Shown in pieces: positions 36,843 through 47,913 of a DNA stretch of 64,000 bases; the stretch's first letter is position 1, and the number at the start of each line of letters is the position of its first letter. The notes beneath the pieces were generated by a model, which had not been told where the DNA came from, made no database searches, and saw nothing but the letters and a program-made list of their open reading frames with translations. The translations under genes and the position numbers were made by a program. Source of the DNA: Podarcis liolepis (lineage: Eukaryota); NCBI GenBank assembly GCA_965112155.1, contig OZ218099.1; one strand, 5' to 3'.

Positions 36843-39824
36843 TTCTCTGAAAAACTGAATTCAGTTTTGTATCAAATCAAATGGATAAATAAATAATGAT
36901 AAACATTTCTGTTCCAGACAGTTTAACATATACAGATATGACTGTCCTGATCTAGGACTATAGTGCAGGGATACTGAGACACATAGTATATAGATAAACC
37001 CTGCTGTTCTCTAACCTAGCCCTTTAATAAATTATCCAACTTCTGAATATGTGCCAAAGCCACTAGTCTTTTAAATAGTGGAGCAAATATATGAGATCTA
37101 ACAGTGCTGGAAACAAATTTCAGTTACCTTCATCTACTATAGGTTAATGGCAAATCAGGCTGATGTTGGGTATGCAACATGCCCACGCAGCTGCTTCACT
37201 ATGCAGTTTAAATCCTTTTCACTACAGGCTGACATGTACTGCTTCCTAAATAAGTTTTTTTAAGAAGCTAACCTCCATTGAGTTCTGTGAGACTGCTTCC
37301 TAATCAGTGTATTTTAGGATTGCACCTTTAGGCACATTTTTTAATTTGTATATTTTCAGAGCAGAGAAGGCTTATCATTAAGATTCCATAGTTGAAGAGA
37401 CTCCTTTTATCCTCTTCCAAATCAGTTACAAACCTGCACTCGTGTGCTGTACTTCTCTTCTGGACACCTGATAGTTCAGCCTATGCAAGTTCAAAGAAAA
37501 TGAATCACAACATTTTTGCCATTCTTTTTGGCAGCAGCTATTTAATGCCAAAAAATTGGCAAGCTATAATTACAAATTACATTTTGTAATTTGTCAAGGA
37601 TGCAGACCCTAAATCTCAGATTAGGTTTTTACTATTTGGAAGGTACTTTGGTTTGCTGAGTGTGAGAATGTAGAAACATACTGTACTTTTTACACAGCTG
37701 ATCCCTCTCTCCTAGTACCATGCAATTAATCTTCAGTAGTTTTGTTTGAATCAAGTAGGGGTTTACATGTGAAATGGCTGCACTTCCTTATGCTTGGAAT
37801 ATGTATGGCTGGGGAAAGTGCATTTGAATGCTGGGCTGGCTGTAAATGAGACATTTGTATTGCTGTAGTATATGAAAGGGAAAGCCTTTCTGTTTCACAG
37901 AGAAAGCAGCACTACTATTATCAACTTGTTTGCTTTTATCAACTTGTGTTTCAGCAGCACACTGTGGTTGTTGCTTGTAGATACTGCCTTGTGTTTTTTA
38001 CAGCACATACATCAAACTCTTTCCAGCATCCTTTGTATGAGGCAGTACTTTTGCATAGAAGTTGATAAACTGGGATCAGGGTTAGCACTTCTCCTAGAAG
38101 TGTGCACAGTTTTTCAGCAGTTCTTCCAGTGAAGTATAAGGATGGGATGATGCTGAATAACTTGAGCCCATTCCCAGAGATGCTTAAGTCCTGAGGCAGT
38201 TTCTACCTTTTCATATTAGCCTGGTTTGCTTCTCAGTCCCCATCTCAACATCCTGTTGGATCAGTTTTAATTGTAGTCCAATTGGGTGTTTTACTTTTAT
38301 TATACTTATTAAAGTATTTCTAAACCACTGGCTCATAAGAAAATATCAGGATGGTGTGCAATGTATAAGTATTCAAACAATCTAAAATACAGAACAATTG
38401 ACCTACACTGAATCAGATTAATCCTCTGAAAACAATTGTCATAAAAGAAACGTTTTCAGCAGGCAACAAAATATCTAAGTTGTTAGGCATCTGGTTTTTG
38501 TTGGTTTGCTTTTGTGTAACACCATGTGGTCTTTTCATATTTGTGTCCCTTAATTATTTTAAATTTCCTATCAGTTTTATGTTTAAGAACATCATTATCC
38601 TGCAGCTGGGCTTCATATTCAGCTTGATGATCAAATATATATGGGAACCTGCCAGAGGCCCAATAAACTTATTTTTGATGCATACTTCAGGCTGCAAAAA
38701 TGGAGTCAGAGGTTAGATAGCTGGCAGGCCCTCGTATATGGCTGGTGGGCTGCATTTGGTCTGGTGGCCTATGCTGCACACACCTGTCAGGGGACATAAT
38801 ATTCCACATCTTACCCTTTTCGGTTGTTCTTCATAGGGTAGTTTCTAAGATCTTGATCCATTTATTTACTGTTCTGTCATATATGGGAGGAAACAGAGTG
38901 ACTCAAGATACGGTACTTCACATGACTGCTTTTTCCCCTAGTCCCTTTTTCTACACCATGTATTATTTTATACACCTCCGTAATATCTCCCCACCTTTTC
39001 TCCCTTTTTTTGAAACAAAAGTTCCAAATGCTGTAATATTTTCTCATATGGCAGTTTCTCTAGCCCCTTGATCATTTTAGTTGCCCTTTCCTGCACCTTT
39101 TTCAACTCCTATGCTACAGTCCCAACAAAAATACCCCCCACTCAGCTGCTGTTTGGCATGGGAGGAAAGCTTCCGTTGGCAGCAGTGAGAACTCCCCTCA
39201 TATGCCAAATAGCTGTCCCGTCCCCATCCCCCCCCCCGTGAGGGCAGGTATCGGAACTGCAGTGTGGAAGGAAAGGGTTAAACCTCCTCCCCATGCACCT
39301 GATCCTGACCAGTGGTTGCTATTTACAATCTTTGGAGCAGGAGATATGCAGGATGTTAAACCATGTGATTAACATCATGTGTAGCTGGCCCTTGGGTAGC
39401 CTGTTTAACAATTCATGGGGGGAGGGGATGATAGAGCTCCTTGAATGGAGATTTTCCTCTCTATTGGCTGCTCTTATTCTTAAGAGACTTTATCACAATA
39501 AGGCCATGATCCTATGTACACTTGCTTGGGACCACTAAACATCATAAGACTTATCTCTATGTAAACATTATAGGGTTGTGCAATTAATGGCTCTGTGATG
39601 AAAGAGTCTGATATTGAGACTATCATAGGACAGAACAAACACCATATAAATAACATGGTAATCTGAATTCTTTTCTTTTTTTTAACCTCTCTTTACCTCT
39701 TACGTGTTAGGTGGTCCACGATGGAAGAATTCAAAACTTGTTTTTAGTCAGGTGCAAAATGGAATTGCCACTTAATCAGTTTTGCGTTTTTTTTCTACAA
39801 TCAAGCATTGTATACATCTTAGGA

Positions 39825-39838
39825 AATAAATAAATAAA
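39825..39838 (+). terminator. Candidate distal REEP2 poly(A) signal (overlapping AATAAA hexamers)
   Basis: aaataaataaataaa with upstream TGTA and T-rich sequence and downstream GT-rich sequence; proximal alternatives near 36888 and 37026. Confidence 0.4.
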
Positions 39839-41022
39839 CTTCATTGAGGTACAGAGAACCTTGGATTTAGAGTGTGGTAAGAATGTGCTCCTATTTTTGC
39901 ATCCTTCCCACAGTCTGGCTCTGCTGTTGTGTTTTGGGTTTGTAAGATTAGAAGAGTAATAGCAAGAGAACCCATGTAGCTAGCAGAAGGCTCTAATACT
40001 GCTGTTCTTCAGAGGCAGAATATAGCTGGAAGAGACTTTTATCATGAAATCTGGGCTCTTCCCCATTCTAGGCAACAGTGTCTTTCAACATTGTGTAGCG
40101 GTGAAATGTTTCTTGTTTCTCCAGGAATTGGGGGGGGGGGGGCTTTTGTTTTTCTTTTCTTGTGTTGTCATGTTGGACATGGTATTTAGAACCTCTTCGG
40201 GATATTATCCTTGCACCAGAACAACAGCTGGTCTTATCCAATGGCCTTCTCTTCAACCAACTTCTGTTGAAGTGCCAACTCCTATTGGTTGAACCCTTCT
40301 CTCTCAAATGTAAGCAAATACAAGCCTTGAAGTTTCACAGAGCCTTTCCATTGGGAGCAGCTTGCTTACTGACAAGTCACTCCTCTGCCACTGTTGTTAC
40401 GTAGATCCAGTTCTCCAGCAGCAGCAGTCTGTGTTTGCCTCCTTTCATCAGGATTCTTTTAATCTAAGATAGCCTTAGTACTTGCATTCTCTGATTTCTG
40501 CTGTGTAAAGGGGACAGTGCTGCTGTCATTCTTTTGCAGACATTCACAGTGACTGATTTGAATTTGCATGGCAGGTCTGGAGGAGAGCCAAGAAACGGAG
40601 ACTCATTAGGTTGAATGCCAGCCATTTCCCTTGTTTGTTGAACAGGCAGCAGTAGACGTGACAAGGATAGGATGCTATACCAGTGTATTCCCTTCTGCCT
40701 GCTAGAGGAACAGCGGTCAGTCAGTAAGAAGTGGACAACAAGATTGGGTAAAGCAAACTTATTTAAAGGTCTTAATCCTGCTGCCCAGTCAGTCAGATCC
40801 TTGCCATCATAGTTCAGTTACAGCTGTCATTGGCAGCTCCAGTACCTCTTCGGCCACTGTGTCAAGTCTTCAGTGAGTATACTGGCTGAGGGTAAGCAAT
40901 AGCTTTTCAGAGAACAGGAGGCAGCATTTTGGAGTGACCATTGCCTATATGTCATACCCTCTTCTTCTGATCTCTGGTCAAACTAGTTTTGCAGACTTTG
41001 TAGCATTTCAAGCAGTCTAGGG

Positions 41023-41558
41023 CAGTGTTTCCCAACCGGTGTTCCGCGGCACACTACTGTGCCGTGAGACATCGGCTGGTGTGCCGTGGGAGGGAGGCGG
41101 GCGAGAGGCGGCGGCGGCGAGGATCCGGCGGGGGTGGGGGGAGCGGGGGCCGTCGCGCGCAACCGAACTCACTTGGCGCGCTGCCGGCTTGTCCTCCTTC
41201 AACCCGGGTCGGGCCAGGCCTGCTCACGTCCCCGGATCCCCTAGCAGCAGCCGCACGCTCTCCAAAAGCGCAACGCTGCGCGCAACCGCTCGGCCAGCTG
41301 GTGCTCTGCGACTCCGCCCTTTCCCCTCCCAGCGCCGGAGGGTTCGCGCGACCGCAGCTGTTCCCTTTCGCAGCGCGCGGGAAACAATTCCAGGCCGATT
41401 GCCTTGTGCCGAAAAGCACCGCCTCTCCTTCCAGCTCAGGCCCGGGCCGCCGGCTCCCCGAATGACGTCACGGGGGCGGGGCTTTAATGGTGGTGTGCCG
41501 CGAGATTTTTTTCCGGTAAACAGGTGTGCCGTTGCCCAAAAACGTTTGGGAAACACTG
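41023..41558. mobile_element. hAT-Charlie-type non-autonomous transposon (536 bp) with a CpG-rich interior
   Basis: TIRs CAGTGTTTCCCAA / TTGGGAAACACTG; perfect 8-bp TSD GTCTAGGG (41015-41022 and 41559-41566); subterminal TGTGCCG repeats. Confidence 0.92.
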
Positions 41559-44500
41559 GTCTAGGGGAAGTTGAAGCAACCTCGTAGCAGAAGAAACACT
41601 AAATATGCCCATTTTAATGTGATCTCTGTAGAAACAATGTTCATTATAAGGAAATGACACTCTTTCAGAGCCTCTTCTACCATTAGGCTAAGTGGGTATA
41701 CTTCATCAGAAAGCAGATTTTGGGTGGCCTGAATTTGCAACTAATTTTTACTTCTAATTTATTATTGTATTTTGACTGCCAAGTAGAGGTGATTGTAGGA
41801 TTTTGTGTCTCTGGTGAAAAAAATAACTTTGTCAGCCTTGGGTACTGCACACTTTGTTTGGGTTGGAGGGTATCTGCTGTTCCACCTCAGGCAGCAAAAT
41901 AGCTTGTGCTGAGAGAAAAAAATATTTTGTTCTTATAAAAAATAAATGTCCCCTTGGGAGTGAAATGGGCTAGAGCAGAAGATCGGGTCTAGTCAGCTTT
42001 ACTCCTGCTTGGGCTTGTAGGGGACTGTAGGAAGCTGCCTCTGTCAGGAGTTAGACTCCAAATTGAATAAACAACTTTTCCCTTCTCAGCAGGGCTACCT
42101 TCCTCCCCACATGTTGTTTTGTGCTGTTGTCAAGCTGCCAGTGTTAGTAGCATTAAAAAAGGGGGCGGGGACTGCTTGCATTGCTCCAGAGAAAGAATAA
42201 TCCGTACACAGCAGCTATCTATACACTGGTGGAAGGATGAAGAGTATCTTGACTTATGAACAAGGCAGGACAGGACAGGGTGCTGTTAAGCAAATGACTA
42301 GAGGAGGTCCTCCCACAGGATTTATGTGACTAAACTGAGAAAAGGAAAGGGGATTTCCAAGGAGATGGGATAATAGCCAGTTATTCTCAGGATCTGGTGA
42401 GACTCCAAGGATGAGTCAGCTACATGAACTAATAGAAACATATCGGTAGGCAGTCTGAGTGAAGCCATTTCCTTGTCTTATTGAGAGAGATGAGCCCAGC
42501 TGCTCACCCTCAACCTTATCATGTGTTGCAGTTTAATGGGAAATGAAAAGCTCCTCCACCATATTCTGTCTACCAAGGTATTTCTTACGTATACTGACTA
42601 TGCTAAGACTGCCTGTTGAGATCAGATAGATGTTCAGGAAACAATTCATCCTGGATGCTGCACCATTCTTTGTACCCACCTTACTGGCAGCTGCTGTTTT
42701 CAGACTTGGATTGTCACCTGCATCTTTCATCTTGTAGTGAGCTCTTCACGGTACCGCTCTGTCTGGCACAAATTATTTTACTAGCCCTGGAAAGATTGCC
42801 CCGTGATCTCTTGCTTCCCTAGGAGTCCATGTTCTGTCTCACTGGAATTTATTCAGAAACATGCATCTCCCCACCACCACCTCATGAATAGAGGATGTTC
42901 ACAGTCAGGGGCACCTCTTAAGAAGGAAGCTATGTACCTCAGCACCCCCCCAAAAAAAACCTATTTCCTGCTGCCTTGCAGAAAAATCATTGATCTCCTA
43001 TGGAGAGAACACACAGTTCTCTTTTATCGCTGGATATGAAGATGCTGTATTACAGGAAAAAACTTAGCCCTGCTCTGTGGGAAACCACCCTCTTATCCCT
43101 GTTCTCTTTTAAGTGGCAATCTTGTTACCTGGTTGAGCCATAGCATATTGTAGCCATTGTGCAAATGCTCTGGAATCTGTGCTTACACTTCAGGCACCTG
43201 CATCAGACTCTGGAAGTCTGGGTGTCTTGTTACGTATCAGTGTAAGTATGCCAGAGCCTCTGTATACATGCATTCATCAGTATTACTTTGTGAACCCTTA
43301 GTAGTATTTTATCTGGGTTTTTCAGGCTCTTGGTGACTGGCAAAGGCTCCTGCTAGATGACCTTGTATAATTTTACTCTACCAGAACAAATTGTTGTTAT
43401 TCCTACTTGAGCCCTTTATAAAGTTGTGATCTAGTAAGAAGAGGTATCTAACATATATTTGGGAACAGTTTGCATGGTTATTTGAGTGTTTTTACACTTT
43501 ATGTACTAACTGAAATCATATCACATGAAAGGTTGAGGAGAGCAACACCAATTGCATTAAAGGTTTGTTTGAAGGCCACGGAATGTACTTCAATCAATCA
43601 ATTGGCCTCCAGCACAGCTTCTGCACCATTTCTCACTAGGTAGATCATGACTATATTCTGTGTCTCTTCCTGTTTTTTCACCCCAAGCAGGCCTTGAATT
43701 CTCTTCATTAGAATATTTGTCACTTCAGGACAATGGTGGTTGAATTTCCTCCTTCCTCAAAAGAGTATCGTAGCTGCAGAGAGGTTGCAGCCTGGGACCC
43801 AAGTATTGGGACCAGTGGGACCAAATGCAGTAAGATTCCAGAGGAGAAAAAGTTTACAGCAGCCACCTGAGACTGTGAAATTGACCTTTCCTGGAAATTC
43901 TCTGGCCTGGAAGAATGAACTTTGATGTTAGACCTTTGAGAATTACAGATATTTGAACAAGTGTTTGTAGCAAAGTCCAGTATCAAAGCTGCTACTGTTT
44001 TATTTGCAATGACAAACTGGAATCAGAAATAATATGGAATGTAGACAAATATATATTGGCCTCTTGTCTCTTTAATTTTTTAAGTACAGTAAACACGAAT
44101 CTTTCCCCGTTCTTGGAAGGGCTGTTCATAACTTGCTTCCTTCCACCAATTATTGTATTGTATTGTGTTGTGATTTCAGAATTTGGGCTCTTTCTTTCAG
44201 GAAGCTACTTCCACACTGGAAATATGCCAAAGACAAGTTGTTCAAAATGAGTAATCAACATTGATTTATGAATGTTTTTGCCCTTTTACACAGAAAATAG
44301 GGATATGTGAGGAGACCATCTTTCCCTGCCACTATTTTCTATTTTCTATGAACAAAATTGTTCATGGGGCTTTCATAAAGATTCCAAGCAAGAGCTCTCT
44401 TTTCATGACACTTTTCAAATTCTATAAATCATGTACTAATAAAAAAAATCCAAAGCTTTACATATAGTATGAATTTTATAACTTGTGAGCATTGCCATTG

Positions 44501-45149
44501 ACTATTTTTATGTCTGTTGATTCAACAGAAAGGCAAGAGGCAATATGTCCCAAGTTTGTTCTTCCCATAGTCCAGTGTTGGCTAACCTTTCTTTGGCTGA
44601 GGGCCACATTGAGGATTGACCAAGCTTCAAAAGGCTCCATGCCAGCAGTGGGTGTGGCCAAAGTACTTTAACTTTCTTATGGACATGCACTTGCACACAT
44701 GTAGTGCACATAGAAAGCACTCATGCACACAATATATTCCAAAAGTGTTTCATATGTTGCATATTGCTTTTTACAAATATACACCCCCATTTACAAGTCT
44801 TAAGCTTCACCTCTTAGTCTAGCATCTGAATGTTGCTGTTTCTGCAGCTGCTACAGGCAAAAGATCTGCAGCACCCTAGTGTATGACTGCCATCATTTTC
44901 TCTTGTATAGCAACCCTGAGTTGGGGCCCAGTCAAAGTGCTTTTCCATGCTAGGCTAGTGCCTGGAACGAAAACAGTCAAGAAATATCCTGACAAGATGT
45001 TCTAGCTGTTCAAATACTTTTGACTATTGAACTTGATTGTTATTCTATTGTACATCACTTCTAAGCCATTTCCTTAGCATGCAAAAATGGTCATAAGGTC
45101 TACTCACAACAGTTCCCAAACATTTTCCCAAAATGCCTAAAGTGGAATT

Positions 45150-45825
45150 TTCGTAGTGAGTAAGATTGTCTTCCATAAACACGGTTTTAACAGTGAGTCC
45201 GTAAGTGACTGTGGAGGCCAATTCTGGATCCACACGTCCTTCCACAGCGGGGACATAGGTTTCTGGGCGGGAGTTGATCACGGTGTGAATTTGCCAAGCG
45301 TGCCTTCCTCTTAGCACATTTCTCCCTTGCGTCCTGAGTTCGAGTGTCTTCAAAGCCCATGACACCTTTGGTAAAGGCTGTTCTCCAACTGGAGTGCTTG
45401 CAGGCCAGTGTTTCCCAGCTGTCAGTGTTTATACTACATTTTAAAAGATTTGCCTTGAGACAGTCTTTAAACCTGTATTGTTGACCACCAGCATTACGCT
45501 TTCCATTTTTAAGTTTGGAATAGAGTAGTTGCTTTGGAAGACAATCATCAGGCATCCGCACAACATGACCAGTCCAACAAAGTTGATGTTGAAGAATCAT
45601 TGCTTCAACACTGGTGATCTTTGCTTCTTTCAGTCCACTGGCATTAGTTCGCCTGTCTTCCCAAGTGAAGTGTGAAATTTTTCAGAGACACCGTTGATGG
45701 AATCTTTCGAGGAAGTGGTCCATGTTTCACAAGTTTACAGCAAGGTTGGTAGTACAATGGCTTTGTAAACAAGCATTTTCAAACACTCTGAACTTCAATC
45801 GGGAGAAAGCTGCACTTGCAGCTTA
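45150..45825 (-). mobile_element. RTE-clade LINE 3' fragment (ORF C-terminus with C2H2 finger)
   Basis: WTGHVVRMPDDCLPKQLLYS...CPRCGRTCGSRIGLHSHLRTH, typical of the RTE-clade ORF end. Confidence 0.85.
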
Positions 45826-46819
45826 GGGTGACTAACACTGCCCTAATACCAAATACAGGAATATGGGATTAGAAAATGATCATTACAAGTCAGTCCATCT
45901 CTGATGCTTAAGGTAAAACCTCTGCCTATCCCAGGAATCTTTGTGCTTTGCTTAAGGCTTGGGACTGATCAGGGTTACAAGCCTGAGAGTTACTCACAAG
46001 TGGGGAAAGCAGCCATTGCTTATTTATTCCAGAATTCTAGGTGTGTAACCTGGAACCTGTCTGCAATCCCTGTCTTGGAACTGAGTCTACAAACTAACCC
46101 CATAACTACAACATCAGTCTAATTTTGGTACTTCTGTTCCCCTGCGCTGCCCCCTGCATTGTGCAACACCTTGCCTGTTGAAGAGCGCTGGAGAACTTGA
46201 AAACTTGCTACACCTTTGTGACACTTGGCCCCAACTTGCCCAACTAAGATAAAATTTGTCATCTGTGAGATAAGCAATTGTTTCCTGGCAACAGATTGCA
46301 GAGTTTTTATTAGCATAGAAGAAAATACAGTAACAGCTTGTAGAACTAGCTTTAAAGGTTTGGAGAACCAGTTCTAAAACACGAGAGCTAGTGTTTTGAA
46401 GGAGTCCTTTGTTTACCCTTAGGTTTAACTCTGTCACCAATAAAATATAATAACGGCACTTAAGATAGTATGAGTTTTAGTCAATTGCTGTATTAAATCT
46501 GAAGAAATGTACAGGAGAAAATAGTTGTAAAGAACATGTACTGGTTTTTAGATTCTGCATAAATGTGTTGCAGCAGACATCGTCGCAGAAGATTGCTAAA
46601 TTGTTATATAAGGCAAGGTTACTTACTTTTCAGGACCAGAACAAGAGGCTATCTATTGATCAACTGCATAGAAAAATGAGCTTTTTTTTAAGCTTGCAAC
46701 CAAAAACAGCATAAAAAGTAATGACATGGAATATAAAAAAATACATAATGTCCATAATTTTGTTGTAAATCGCTTTGGGTTACCTTGGACAGGATAAAAC
46801 GATGAACAAATTTAATAAA

Positions 46820-46820
<1 letters not shown>

Positions 46821-46880
<60 letters not shown>
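46821..46880. repeat. (ATT)n microsatellite (retroposon tail)
   Basis: Direct observation. Confidence 0.9.
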
Positions 46881-46881
<1 letters not shown>

Positions 46882-47230
46882 CTCCACTTCAGTATTGGAT
46901 AGAAGTGAGAACAGCCCTCCTTCCCAGAGAACTCAACAGGCCAGAACCATTTCTACAAGTACTTAAATTTAAATAATTATTTTAAACAGCTGACTGATTT
47001 AAGCAGGGACATATTGTAGTCTGCCAAATCTTTTTAATCACATAACTAAGTAATTGACTAAACATTGCAGCTCTGATAATAGTTGCTGAGTGCCTATAAG
47101 AATTAGGTGATGTATAGAAACTTGTTTTTAAAAAGACCAAGCTCCACACATTGGCAAGACTTTTATTAGGACTGACAAGAAACGTTGCAAAATGTGCGCA
47201 TCCGTAAAGTTCTCCAGAATGTTTCGTCAG

Positions 47231-47835
47231 TGTTATAAGAAAAAAACTGCTCTTTTCCCCTTATGGGGTATCCAAGCGCCCATATAGAGTCCTCTTTTTA
47301 GGTTCTCTATCGGGAGGAGAAAATAACAGAGGCCAACCAGAGAATATTGAGAAGCAAGGCAGCTAGTAAGCTTGATCTTTATTAAAGCTGCTGCAACATG
47401 GTACTTCACAACCACATGCAGGAGAGAGGAGGGACCCCGAACAATGGCGTGCAAGCCCTTATATAGACGTTTTAAATTGCCCACCTTCAAACTCCAGACC
47501 ACCCCCAGAAACATCATACACACATCACAGAAGAGGCGGTCTAAAACAGAATCCTGAGTGTGTTGTTTATCTCCTGTCCGGCAAGTTATCCGATTGCATT
47601 ATCTGGGTTTTGGCCATTCTTTTGTTATTATAACTACTTAATTCCTGAATCTAGGTCACAGGTCACAGGCTCACCCTGTTCATATCTTGAATGTGCTCTT
47701 AAGGCAGGATTTGTGAGGAAAGAGACATTGGGGAGGTTTCCCACTTTGACCTTGCATAGAAATATTTGAGGTCCATTTGTTCAGGACTTTTTTTGTGGGG
47801 TTTCAGACATGTGGTTTATATATACAGTTATGAAC

Positions 47836-47895
<60 letters not shown>

Positions 47896-47913
47896 ACATT
47901 AAAATTCTTATAA
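47231..47913 (-). mobile_element. Solo LTR, family shared with 54164-54867; contains a (TA)n expansion at 47839-47892
   Basis: 5-bp TSD GTCAG (47226-47230 and 47914-47918); aligns in reverse to the 54.2-54.9 kb copy; minus-strand TATA and AATAAA; 5'-terminal TG is missing. Confidence 0.85.

Noticed and set aside
41017-41587. Apparent promoter or first exon of another gene (e.g. EGR1), with several ORFs
   Set aside because: Bounded by hAT TIRs and an 8-bp TSD; no EGR1-like peptide and no CArG boxes.
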